Assembly (NCBI GenBank): GCA_964247055.1
Contig: OZ176055.1
Coordinates: 8,308,001 to 8,372,000 of the forward strand
From: Paragordius varius
Taxonomy: Eukaryota > Animalia > Nematomorpha
Length of the DNA stretch: 64,000 bases
Reading direction: 5' to 3'
In this document: positions 51,301 through 64,000 of the stretch, piece after piece
Layout: every line of letters starts with the position of its first letter
Numbering within the stretch: the stretch's first letter is position 1
Program-made: the position numbers and the translations under genes
Notes under the pieces: model-generated
The model's input: the letters and a program-made list of their open reading frames with translations, nothing else
Databases searched by the model: none
What the model was told of the DNA's origin: nothing

Positions 51301-54300
51301 TTAAATAGTCTGGGGTCACGATATGCCCCGATTTGAATCGAAGTGTTAATAAATAAAAAAACCAATGTTTAATCCCTTATACATTAATCCAACACTGGAC
51401 GTTAAGATTTCTTATATGTATTGCTTATGCATGTCAAGCAAAAATTTTTGTTTTTTTGGGGTAAAATTTAAAAAAATTTACATACATATCCGTGAACTGA
51501 ATGTTATAATAATATAGCTAAGCTTAAAGAATTGTTAATTAAACGTAATGTCCATCATTCGGTTTGTCAACTTTACACTTTAACGAACACAACGACATCA
51601 CCTACCTTGGCGGATAATTCGGGTTATTATCAACGATCCACATCATTAGTTTCTATGCCTACGGCGTCAAAAGACGACTCAAAATATCACCATGTCAGAT
51701 ATTCCGATCAAATTGAAAAGGCCAAAAAGCATGGGAGGACTAAAATGAAACCGTCAAAAACGGTAGATAACATTGAAGAAATGTTAAAACATGCTTCAAA
51801 CATGCTTATGACGCCAATCCTACCTCAAAATCATTTACTGCCAATCAACCATTACAATAATAAAATTGTTGCAAATTCTCCAAGGGAAGATGAAAAGATA
51901 ATACGTGTCCAAGAATATAATTTAAGTGATGGAGGGCATTATCCTTACGAACATGCTCTCATTTATCGATTAATAGATATCGATAATAACAATAATGATT
52001 ATGCAATCAAGGATGGTAAATCACTTATTGTTGCAAATCGCAAAAACAAGTCTTTAATACCAATTTTTATTGATCAACCCATATCGCCAACAATGGGCGA
52101 ACGATGTTTCCATGATTCCATCAGTTATTATAACGATACGAGTAATATAACTGCATAAACCAATTGTGGCTTGCTTCTTATTATTATAAAACGGTTCGGC
52201 TGAAAGCTTTGACACATAATATGTTTTGTAACTTAGATATGACATATATTTAGCCCTACTTCATTGTTTTTATATACTAACGCTTTTTGATTCACATTAA
52301 ATTTATGTTTTGCATGAGGTTATAATTACAAGTTGAAATGTATATGATTGCTTTAGTTATATTAGCTTTTTGTTTATAGCACTCTTAATTTCAATTTGTA
52401 TATAGATAAACCACTATTGAATGTTGGTCAAAGAAAATCCATTGACTCCTCACCATCCCAAACGCATTCTGCATCATCCATGAGAAATGTGAACACAGGT
52501 ATGTAGCGCATTTTATTTTATATGGCTAATACTGCAAACATTATTCTTAATATCAAAAAAGACTTGTAAACTTTCAATTAAATCCATTTGTAACCGGAAC
52601 CGGTATCAAGGTGTATCAAAAAAGGGTTTAGCAATGTCGCCACTATTCACAAAAGACGTCCCTTGCTGCTCTTTCATACACCAATGGTGGTTCAGTGACA
52701 GCGGTTGCCTCGGGGGTGGGTTCACTTCTAGGGATATAACGATATGTTATAATTATAAAACATATATGTAATCAAATAAAGAAATTTTTGGTATAAACTA
52801 GTGTTATTTTAAATATAAAGTCTTATCAGCTATATTCTATACTAATGGTTCGCCTAAACATTCTTTAAAGTATAACGTACATATAACATAAGTGTAATAT
52901 ATATATATATATATATATATTTATCTTATTATTAGAGAGTTTAAAATAAAAGTTTTGGTACTTAAATCTATCAGAATAACGAGTCATTTTATTATAATAG
53001 TATTAACTATTTCAGCTTTTAAAGTTTAAATAAATATTTTTTCCATAGCGCTTAATTATCTATATATTAGTAAATGTTTATTTTTTGTAAATATATATTG
53101 TGAATCAAATTTAAACATATATATATAGCCTTCCTGTTAAATACATTTTGTGAATTTATAGAATTAATGTAATATGTTATTAATCTTAGACATTTCTAAT
53201 AAAACTCTTGAATATTTAAATTAAAAACCATTTTTTACCAATTAAGAACCATTTAACCATACAAGCCTAAATGACTAATATTTAAATATCAGACCGATTT
53301 TGGGCTTAGGTCTAATCTTTCATATATTTTTATCTTTACCCATTATATTGTGAATTTGTAGATGATATAATCGAAAAAGTTTCTGTCAAAATAAATACAC
53401 TCAAGGTCTTGAGCCATAACAAATTTGGAGCCTCTCGAGCTACTATACACTCTTCACATGAACCACATTCCCCGACCTTTTTAACGAGCGTAAGTCCAGA
53501 TTCTAACACAACTTTTCGGGCCAAAAGTTTGCTTGCAAGCCATTCTCCACTTTTATCATTTACCCCTAAAGAAAAATTAATTGTTATGCCACCACCATTA
53601 GATATTACCAAGTGTAAAATTGCTTTGAAAGATGTGGTATGCTACTTACGATTACTGGAAGGTGGTAGCCCAAGCGAAAAATTGGAATGTATGAAATTTT
53701 GTTTTCTTTTTGAACTAATCTTATTTATATGAATTTTGTTAAAAGAATTACCATAAGTGGTAATTATTTGAGTATTAGTTTTAACTAATTTCTATTCAAT
53801 AAATTTTAATAATTTAATACCAAAATAAAATTTTGGGATTTGTCTTTCATAGGCTATAAAAAATAAACAATAATTAATAAGAAATTTTATTTGGCAAATT
53901 TGGGGGCTTTAATTTATTTATCTAAAAAATGCCATTCATAAAACTTATCATTTTTATCAATATAATTACAAGCAAGCAAGGGGTATACTGAATATTTTTT
54001 GATTAACTCATGGGCCCCAATAGTAATAGCTCATTAAATAGATGTGATGCGTTATTTAATGATTAGTAGTATATTTACATATTTATAAATTTTAATAGAC
54101 GGAGTTTTTTATTACTTTTATAACAATGATCGTTGTAAACCTATTTATTGCGAATTATATTGGGCCCAATCGTTCTTATTATCATTTAAAAACACAGAAC
54201 CATAACCCTTTGTTGTTTCTTGGTGAGGTTTCTAATTTTTATAGAAAAAACGGTTCTTGATTACAATTTCGATCCAAAGAATTATTTTGCTAATTTTCTT

Positions 54301-57300
54301 TTATTTTTCAGTCAAATAGGATTTCATTCTTTTTAAATTTGGATATATTCTAATGTAAGCGTATAAAGTATGAAATTTGTTATAAACTGTATTTTTTAAA
54401 GTTATTTCAACCGCTCGCGAAATATTTTGTTCAAAAATTTTGTCAAAAAAGAATAGAAATTATGGTTTCAATCTCTGGCTTTTAGGCCTTTAAACACCAA
54501 ATCATGTATTTTAACAAATTTTATTTCTACTCTAGAAATAAAATATGGAAGCACAGAAACAATAAAAAACATATACCTTTTTTCAACATTTATTTTAATT
54601 AAAGGTGAAAAGTATTTACACTACGTCTAAAATCGGAAGTAAAAAAATAACCTGATAAGATAATTCTGATAGAAAAATGTATCAGATCAGAATTATTATG
54701 GCGCTTTTGGTTTTGGACTTTACGAGTGATTGAGGAAAGTTATTTCCCCGATGTGATGTTTACTCCATATCAGAATATGGCAAAATTTGGATACACTTTT
54801 TTAAATAAATTTTTTTTGGTCAACGGTAGGTGCTTCTTTTCAAAAAATGTCGCTATATTATACCATAAACTACATATAAAAATCAAAAATATTTTCAAAA
54901 ATTTTAATTATTAGATGTGGTCTCCAAAAGTACGAAATATTTGCTTTTTAAAATATAATCCCCTAAAATTAAACGCAAAAATGCTTAGATTGTGCGATAT
55001 AAAGTTGAAATATATTCGAAAATCTTTAAAAAATGCATATTTTTTAAGAAAATTTATTTTTAAAAATATTTTGTGAGGCCTAACTACTTTTAGGCATGAT
55101 TTGCTTTCTAATTTTGTTTTATGAGAAAACACAATATTTATTTAACATTAAAGGTGAACAAATATTGGAATCAAAATGAGGGGATAGAAATGGACATCAT
55201 TGAATTATAGATAAAGATGTTTTATGATATCATAAAGCGTTTTCAAACCGTTTCCATCATGACTAAAAAGTGTCTGAAGTACGCTATAACAAAAAAACTA
55301 GGCATTTTTCAAAAAATATTTTTATTTCTTTAGCATATATTTAAAATTTTTACAAGCGATCCTGGCATTTTTGCATTTATTTTAAGACAGTCTGGAACTT
55401 TTGGAGCCCACATCTTATTAAATATTTTAAATATAATATTTGCCTTTATAGGTAGTTTATGATATTTTTTTCGGATGCATTTAGCCCCCAAAAATTTTAT
55501 TTAAAAAAAAGCGCAAATTTTGCCGTTTTTTTCTGATATTATCTCTCGTAAGGGTCAAAATCAAAACCGTTATGATAATCCTGATATATTTTCCAATCAG
55601 AAATATATATAAATATATATATGTCAGCAATTTATTCTTTTTGTAGACAAAGAAAACAAAATCGCAATATTCAAAATTAATAATTTTTTCTAGCCTTTGT
55701 ATTCTTTCATATATATTTTTACACCGTAATTAATATCAATTACTCCCCATTAACTTCTAGAAATAATCATTTTTAATAATTTCTCTATTATCCTATTTGA
55801 TTATATAGTCATGTTCAGGCTATACGATGATGATGACAATGGAATTTTGGATAAAACTGTAAGTAAATTAATAATTTTATCTAAAATATATATAGGAAAT
55901 TGATTTGATAATTAATCAAATGATGAATGTTGCTCAATACCTGGGTTGGGATGTAACTGAATTACGACCGGTAAATTATTTTTATATAGATCATGTGGCG
56001 AAATGATATGTTAAAGATTCAAATGTTTTTAGTCCTTAACACCTGATACATTTTTAAATTCAACCAAAATTATTCCAAAATTATTTATTATGCATTACAG
56101 ATTTTAAGGGATATGATGTTGGAAATCGATTATGATTCCGATGGTGCTGTAACCCTAGAAGAGTGGATTAAGGGTGGAATTACTGTTATACCTTTATTGG
56201 TGCTACTTGGACTCGATCAAGTTTTTTCTCAAATATATTTTAAAGGCCGACGCAACAATCAAAGATGATGGAGAACATGTATGGTCCCTAAAGCATTTTA
56301 ATCGACAATCTTTTTGTAATTTGTGTCTAGGCGTTCTTGGTCATTTTGGACGCCAAGGATTAACTTGCACATGTAAATTTATTTATCGTTAATTTAAAAG
56401 TACATAAAATATAATTTATATATAAAAATTACAATTTAGTTTGTCATTATACTGTACATGAAAGATGCGTCAACAAAGCTCCCCCTTCTTGCATTCAAAC
56501 TTATGTAAAAACCTCCAAAATAGATCAGGCACAGCTTTTTATCCATTGAATTTATCTTTATTCAGAATTTTTATATTCAAACATTATACATATTTTTTAT
56601 AAAAAATATATCTTAATTACTAATTTATAGACAATGGACCATCATTGGGTTGAAGGCAATTGTCCTTTTAGATGCGCTAAATGTCACAAAAGTATCAAAA
56701 ATGGTACCACAGGACTTCATTGTTGTTGGTGCCAAAAATCTGTAATTATTTCCCTTATTTTTCTATATACCTTTTTTCTGAATATCTTTTTTATATAAAG
56801 CATGTCATTTCATAAAGTGTAACTTATATCTACGATTTCAAATTGGTTAAATTAATATATTTTTTTAATTTATATTTATAAATGCATATTTTTTTAAAAG
56901 AGGTTTATAACTTAACAACAAACCTTTACATATATTTTTGCATAAATCATTCATCAAAGTTCTCTTAATTATTTTAATTACTTATATAGTTTCACAACAA
57001 ATGCGTCGTTAACATTCGACACCAATGTGATTTTGGGGAAATGAGGGACCATCTTTTACCGCCCATATGTATAAGACCTGAAGTTTTGGTATAATTTTTT
57101 TTTTTGAAAAATTAATATATATTTTATTTTTTCCATATAAATTATTTACACATGTTAATTTTTAGGCTCGTTCATCCAAAAATTACAAGCTAGATGCAAA
57201 AAAGCGGAAAAAATCGGAAGACAAGCCTGAAAATGAAACCACGATTCCTGCCAATGTATGTTATGATTTTTTTTATTTTTTACCTAATAAACATTTTTCG

Positions 57301-58352
57301 GTGTAAAAAATTAATTTGGAAAAATGCTGGAAATGCGGCATAATTTTTTTGATTACTAGAGGTTCCGACTCTACTCAAATTTTTTATTTCTGGTTCCTGT
57401 TTTAAAGAATGAAAATATGGTTCGGATTTTAAAAGATTTTATGGTGCTAAAATTTTGATTCTATACTTGTTTTGGGTCGAATTTCTTTATGTTTTATTAA
57501 TATTAAAGGGTTTGATTAAAAATTATAAGTTAAAAAATAATTAAATAAACATTAAAAATTAAATAATATTGAAATGAAACATGGTTTATAATTTTTTAAC
57601 GGGTTGAGAAAATAAGATTTGGTTTTGTTTCCACTAAAATGATTTATATTCTTTTCTGAAACAATGTTTAACGTTATATTAATTCAAAATTGCCTACAAA
57701 ATGTTCTTATAATAATTTAGATATCCTTCCAAATCAATCCTTTACCCAATTCCCATCCTTTGTTAGTCCTTATAAACCCTAAGAGTGGAGGAAAACAAGG
57801 CGTTCGGTATGCATTTTTTAAAAAAATACAAACTTAAAGTTTTGAAAATTATATTTCCTATAATTTTCTTTAGACTCATGAGAAAATTCCAATATCTTTT
57901 GAATCCTAGACAAGTTTTTAATATAACTAGCGGTGGACCAATAGTTGGGTATATACCTTAATTTTTTAGAAAAAAATAGATTTCAACAAAAAAAATTTAC
58001 AATTAGAGGTTTTATCTGATAATATTTATACATAAATAATAATCTCTCATATATACTATTTACAATTTAAATTAACCATTGAACCAAATTCACCTTTGAA
58101 CAATTCAATTACACCCCAAAAATAATTTATGTGTTTTACTGCTAAAAGGAACTCATCATTCATACTTAATATATTTTTATGGCATGATTTATTAGTTTTT
58201 CAGTATTATATTAATTTTAGACAAAATTTTATTTTTTAAAATTATTAAAAATATATTTAATTTTTAATCTTAAAAACACGTAATTTATTTTTAGGATGAA
58301 AGTGAATTGTTTGAGGGTAATCTGAACTGTAGGGTGAATTTGAATTGTAAAT

Positions 58353-58393
<41 letters not shown>

Positions 58394-61300
58394 TATGCGT
58401 TTATTAGATTGAATTTTTTCAAAGGAGTTTACCCTTCACGTATACTAGCGTGCGGGGGCGATGGAACCGTAGGCTGGATCCTAGAAGTTATGGGTATAAT
58501 ATTAATGTTAGTTTTTAATTGAAAGTTTGAAAAAAATGATTTACTATAAGAAATTTTTAATTTTATTTCTTTAAAAATTTGATTCCTTAAGACAAAAAAT
58601 AAAAATAAGATTTTTTTTAAAATATATTAAATCCTATTTTTGAATCTTTGATTCCATCTTTTTATAAAATTGATGGCAAGTTAGGTATAAAAAATAATCT
58701 AAAATAGGGTTTTCTATCAGAAAAAAATATTCTTTTCTTTTTATGTTTTATCAATTTTTACCGTATTATATATAAAATATATATTTTAAGCCTTGATTGG
58801 CCATTTTTTATAGTTAAAAAGTATAAAATTGATTGTGTTGCCAATTTACATCCCTATTCCCCAACTTAAAATGATAAATAATACAAAAAAATCAAGGTTT
58901 TAAAGCATGATCGAAAATGTGTCTTTAGCTTTTATGTTTTCTTTGTTATAATTTTACTTATTTTACCGTAAACATTGTTAGATAAAGTTGAATTTAAATG
59001 CCGACCACCAGTGGCTATTTTGCCGTTAGGGACAGGAAATGATTTAGCCCGCTGTTTACGTTGGGGAGGAGGTATTTTATTTAAACTTAAAAAATTTGAG
59101 TTTAAGTAGTTTTTTTTTGTAAAACGACGTAAAAACCCTACAAAGTAAAATTGTACTTCATTTGTTGAGAAAGTCTAATTTTCAATGTTATATAACCCTA
59201 AACTAGGTTATTTAGAAAAGAAATAAGGGTAGTCCAAAAATATTATTAGCCTCTTTAGACAAATTCGTTGCATCTTTTATATATACTTTTTTCTTTTAAT
59301 CCTTATTAATTTAAGGTTTTAAAGTAGTTTTTGGCTCTCGTTTTTATTTACTAACTCTCTAAGTTTGAAAAAGGTTGTAATTTTTTTTAGTTATTACTTA
59401 AGAGTTTTGAATTGAAATTTTTATGTTTTTCAAGGTTACGAAGGGGAAGAGCTTATGGGTATACTAAAATTAGTAGAAAAAGCTTCAATAGTTATGATGG
59501 ATCGATGGTCTATTATGTTTTCTGAAGTTTTGCTTACACCAGATAGCAATAATAATAACAGCAATAATAAGGAACGGGGTGTCGGGGACCCTATCCCATG
59601 CAATATATTCAATAATTATTTCTCCATTGGTGTGGTAAGTATCTACTTAAGATTGTAACAAGAATTATACCATGGACAAAATGTGAAAATATAAAGACGA
59701 ATTTTTTTATCTAAAAGATAACCATACTTATCTAAACTTTAATTATTCTTACATATACTTTTAATTACAATTGTAAGACATAGAATTTATTGTGCTTGTA
59801 ATATATATATCTCTATTACACACTTTGCCATACCATAAACAATGAGTTATATAGAATTAAAAAATTATGGATGGATTTTAGAAAAAAAAGTTTGTCTTTA
59901 TATTTTTTGTCCGTATAATTTCAGTTTTACACTAATTAAACATGAGCCTGAGTGTTTACAAAAATTAGGGAAAATAATCTTCAAGTGTATTTAGAAAAAT
60001 TATTTTAAATTGTTATAATTTAATTTTTTGGCGGCTTAAACCAATTATCAATTGTCATCTCATTTAATGGGCATTAAAATATATACCCTAACTAAAATTA
60101 TAATCTTAGCAGGATAAATAATTTAAAATGGTATAAAAATATGTAAATTTATTTAAACATATTACAAACGAGATAGGAATTAATCCTAAGTCTGTAGTTT
60201 TTAGACTAGTGTTTAAAATTTTTTATTTCTTATTTTTTATAGGATGCATCTATTGCTCGTAAATTTCACCTTATGCGAGAAAAACATCCTGAAAAATTTA
60301 ATAGCAGGTAATATAAACAATATAAAATTGTAAATGATTCATAAATCAAATAAAATTATATACATTACATATTAATTTTTATAGTGAGAAATTAATGTGG
60401 TTTTTTCGCCCTAATTTTTTTGACTTCAATATTTATAAACATGATTAAATTGAAAACTAGGTAGTATATTTAAATTAATATGCTTAAAAAACTTTAAAAT
60501 TGAATTTTTGCTGGATATAAAACAAAACTTTACTTGAAAATTAATTACGTAAAAACCTATTAATAACCATTTAAATCAAATATTGTCTCGAGTATAATCC
60601 GATACCTTATTTATTATAATACTAAACTTATTTTCTAAACAATCATGTATTACGATTTGAAAATAAAATTTGTCCATTCACTTAGGATGCGTAACAAATT
60701 ATTCTACTTTGAATTGGGTACAAGCGAAACCTTTTCAGCAAGTTGCAAAGATTTGCATGAAAATATCCGATTAATGGTAATTTAAATTATAGTAAATAAT
60801 TATTCATTTAGTTTATGAGCATTGGTTGGCAGAAAATATGAGATTTTATACCATTTTTTAAAAAATTTAACCCAAAAACGGCTTATTTTATATAATGTCA
60901 AACGTTTTTAAATTTAAAACCCTTGTCCTTTAAATTTAAGATAGGACGATTTATGTTATATATTGCATCTGAATTCTAACTATTTTATGTATACTTTTTT
61001 GGAATGTGATATGTTAATCAATATTCGATTTGATAAGTACATTTTTTATGTTGCGTTCAAATATTATTGTTTTATAATTTGATTTTTGCTTAAAATTATT
61101 AAACTTTCATGGGATATTCTTTCAGTGCCTTCTCCCCCCTTGGGAAATTTACAAGGCATATGATTTGCCCATCACAACTCCTTTTTCTAATTAAATTATA
61201 TATTATTTAATTATTCATTTTTTTAAATATTATTTGTTACTTTATATTTTTGTACAAATATATAATTTTTCAAAAAAGAAATATATTATATTGTGTTGCC

Positions 61301-64000
61301 CTATGCCCAACAAATAATTATACATGGATTATATTTTAAACACCACGGCCCTACTTGACAATCATAGCAGAAGCGAATTTTGATTAGCATAAGCTAATTA
61401 TAGAAAAAAAGGCCATCTTTAATGTTAATAAAACTTAAATCTCTATATATACATATATATATATATATATTATATTTATTTTCAACATTTACATAACTAG
61501 ATTTCTCAAAACTATCGATTTTTAATTTTATATCTGTGCAAAAAAAACTTTTTACGCTTTATAGGTAGATGGAATCGATATAGATTTGACAAAGGGAAGT
61601 CCCCTAGAAGGGATAGCAATACTCAATATTCCAAGCATTTATGGTGGTTCAAATTTATGGGGTGCCGTTTCACGTAACCTGGGGATGATGACAAACGGTC
61701 GTTCTGATACAACCAATAATAACTCCAGCTCCTCCTCCAAAAATACTGCCACTTCATTCCTAACAAATTGCCTGTCATCAAACAAAGAAAGCAGCTCCCT
61801 AACTTCATCAACTTATAATACGTAAGAAGTATTTTTTTTGTAAATAAAAATAAAGTGTATAAGGGATAGAAATTTGGAGTTTTGATTATTTTACAAGATT
61901 AGATTTTTGCTTTTTTTTTCTTTTTACCATTAAATATTGGGGTGTCTTATGCGATGAAAAATAAGATTGAGTGCGTGATTATATTTTTAAGCCATTTTAA
62001 TCAACACATGGTTTAATTGGATTCAATTTATATAAAAAAATCATATTGTATATGTTCAATGTTTAGTATTTCCATTTGTTAGATATCCCATTTCTGAATT
62101 TATATTCATATTTATTTCATTTTGAGTGAATATGGTATACAAGTATTTTTTGCTTACGTTTAATGCGAAAATAAGTAAATTCGATTTTTATAATTATTTC
62201 CCCCCCAAAAAAAATATATGCATTGATAATTTGACTTTTTATGCATATATCGTTTTTGACTGTATATAGATCATCATCTGGTGCTCAATATTCAAATACT
62301 ACACCGCAAACAAATGCACCCAATGTTAATAGCAACACTAATAACTCATCATCAGGTAGGCGTGCCCCGCTAAAACCCCAAGATATTGGAGATCAGCTGA
62401 TCGAAATTGTAGGGCTTGAAAGTGCCATCCATGCCGGTCAAGTTAAGGCTGGCCTTCGGAGTTCAGGACGGAGAATAGCCCAGGGCTCACAAATTGTCAT
62501 AAAGTAGGGGAAAATGTGCTTTTTATTTTTTGCTCTTGTTTGTGATAATTTCTATTAGATGGTAAAATTTCTAAGATTCTAATAATTTTTTTGTAAGTTT
62601 GAGGGCTTTATAAATTGTCATAAAGCAGAATAGAATATCTCATTTTTTATTTTTTTAGTCAGGAGTTCGTAAGATTTTAGCGAAAATTTTACTCTAATAC
62701 GTGTTTAATTGTTGTTAAGTAAATCGCTCACTTTCTTTAATAATTTAGTAGTTTACAAATAGTCATGAGTAGGATTTTTTAATTTTTGCCCTAAATTTTT
62801 GAAAGTTTTCAAATAAATTTTAATTTTGTTTATTTGGTGTCTTTGATAAGCGTCTAATAGTTCTCAATTCATTGTTATAAGTAAAAAAAAATATTTTTAG
62901 TCGTCCATTTTGCCCAATTTACTCTAAAGATTTTTTCTACTTTCGTATGGTACATTTGGCATTTTTTATAAATTGATTTACTACAGGCACTTTTTACAAG
63001 GATATATTTTTTCTATATATGTATTAATATTTTCAGGCTGATCAAAATACACTTTTTCCGCTAAAAATCGCATGTATTTTTCCATTAGCAAACTAGCTTG
63101 CGAGTATTTTTGAATTATTTTCGTAAACTAAAACAATAAATTAAATATATTATTTTTTTATTTTGTTTCCTAACAAATCATAATGATTTAAATAATTAAA
63201 TATTGAATAAAACTAAAGCAATTGAATTTAAATACATTTAATAAAAAATATTTGTCATTTATTTAAAAAAAGTTCATGACGCGAATGGGTAAGTTATGTA
63301 TTTTACCCATTATCATTATGAGGGAGGTCCATTATATTAGAATTGGAATTATATATATGCTATAATATATTATATTATTAGAACTATGCGAAGATTCCCA
63401 ATGCAAATTGATGGTGAACCATGGTTACAGCCCCCATGCACAGTATAAAATATAATTTTTTAAAATAATTGATTAAATTTATTTTGACCAAACATAATAT
63501 ACCATTTACAATTCAAATTTCACCCTTAAACAATTTAATTCCTTAAACAATTCAAATTCACCCTCAAACAAAATATATATTTTTTAAAATTAAAAATTAC
63601 CTATATTTTTATATATTTTTAAAAAATTTTGTTTTAAAAAAATAATACTGAAAAAATAATAAACCATGCCATAAATATATATTGCATATTAATATATTTT
63701 ACTTCGAAAACACATTTATTTTCAGGGTGAATTTGAATTGTTTAAGGGTGAATTTGAACTGTAAATGGTATTTTTGGTGGTTACGATTAAACTATTTTAG
63801 AAAGTATTTATAACTATTTACTTGGTCCGTACATCTCAAAAATATTATTTTACTTTTTTTGAGAAATAACTGCAAAGATGCATAAGATGTTTAACATTGA
63901 CTTGAAATATTTGTTTTTTCTATTAGATTACAATTAATCTCAAAAATCGAGTGCCTATGTTAATGGCCCCCAAAAGAAAACGTCATAAATCCTTATGTGG
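48333..64000 (+). CDS. DGK: Diacylglycerol kinase, type I (DGKA/DGKB-like: RVH, 2 EF-hands, 2 C1, catalytic + accessory domains), 3'-partial
   Basis: Exons: 48333-48399, 48467-48543, 49263-49458, 51518-52141 (inferred), 52406-52498, 53362-53688, 55809-55858, 55896-55970, 56101-56220, 56246-56372, 56440-56528, 56631-56741, 56990-57088, 57166-57255, 57721-57806, 57874-57948, 58408-58493, 58982-59071, 59435-59634, 60243-60307, 60686-60776, 61565-61821, 62270-62503, 63382-63442, 63927->64000; phases all consistent. Motifs: [20 protein letters not shown]; EF-hands [12 protein letters not shown] and [12 protein letters not shown]; C1 domains HVW..KHF...FCNLC..C..C...VHERC and [10 protein letters not shown]; NPKSGG; [10 protein letters not shown]; [10 protein letters not shown]; [10 protein letters not shown]; [13 protein letters not shown]; PMQIDGEPW. 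Confidence 0.95.
48992..49213. mobile_element. Copy of the CCATTTAC MITE (DGK intron 2)
   Basis: TA|CCATTTACACTTCAAATTCACCC ... GGGTGAATTTGAGGTGTAAATGG|TA. Confidence 0.75.
50845..51347. mobile_element. Diverged copy of the TTAA MITE (DGK intron 3)
   Basis: Right end GGGGTCACGATATGCCCCGATTTGAATCGAAGTG|TTAA. Internal AAGGTAAAAATTTAGTC matches 43265. The left end is degenerate. A further solo end occurs at ~31545-31577. Confidence 0.6.
54666..55600. mobile_element. Second copy of the ~1-kb foldback family (DGK intron)
   Basis: CTGATAGAAAAA ... TTTTCCAATCAG followed by ATATATAT. It shares CTCCATATCAGAA.ATGGCAAAATTT, AGATGTGG.CTCCAAAAG and GGAGCCCACATCTT with 37759-38793. Confidence 0.65.
58076..58354. 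mobile_element. Copy of the CCATTTAC MITE (DGK intron) ending in (TA)n
   Basis: CCATTGAACCAAATTCACC ... AGGGTGAATTTGAATTGTAAATGG|TATATA. Confidence 0.7.
59670..59932. repeat. Representative of an abundant ~250-300 bp MITE family (TIR-like AATTATA.GGACAAAA / TTTTGTC.GTATAATTTCAATTTTACTG)
   Basis: Related pieces occur at ~1300-1385, 4240-4525, 5580-5790, 23280-23370, 29720-29760, 31740-31805, 37550-37580 and 49475-49700, with the recurring internal motif AAAAGACAACCATACTTT. Confidence 0.55.
63502..63768. mobile_element. TA-flanked MITE (Tc1/mariner-type target) with CCATTTAC TIR and subterminal AATTCAAATTCACCCT repeats
   Basis: TA|CCATTTACAATTCAAATTTCACCC ... GGGTGAATTTGAACTGTAAATGG|TA. Other copies: 48992-49213, 58076-58354, a partial copy at ~16900-16975, and a degenerate copy at ~19020-19908. 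Confidence 0.75.

Noticed and set aside
51532-52158. Longest ORF in the window as an independent nested gene
   Set aside because: It starts at TTG, has an in-phase acceptor matching the DGK phase-1 donor at 49459, and has in-phase donors. It is better explained as a DGK exon.

Overview
Very AT-rich eukaryotic (invertebrate animal-like) genomic DNA. I cannot fix the taxon from sequence alone, although the KCNQ pore resembles the Drosophila-type orthologue. By manually walking GT-AG splice sites and checking reading-frame phase, I find four intron-rich genes, all on the + strand. (1) A PPEF/rdgC-type Ser/Thr phosphatase with IQ motif and EF-hands (83-6720, 5' end outside the window). (2) A galectin with THREE carbohydrate-recognition domains (11295-21916, ~492 aa). 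(3) A KCNQ/Kv7 potassium channel (27894-44895, ~767 aa). (4) A type I (EF-hand/C1) diacylglycerol kinase (48333 to beyond 64000). Introns and intergenic DNA are packed with non-autonomous transposons: a Helitron-like family carrying ~157-bp internal tandem units and interchangeable termini, two decayed Mos1-like mariners, TTAA-flanked piggyBac-like MITEs, ~1-1.2 kb foldback elements, TA-flanked MITEs, hAT-like MITEs and a Penelope GIY-YIG relic. Most ORFs in the supplied track are single exons with intron read-through or spurious ORFs inside repeats. The most unusual signals are the triple-CRD galectin built by exon-cassette duplication and a class of ultrashort introns (25, 31, 37 nt) sitting in highly conserved coding regions.
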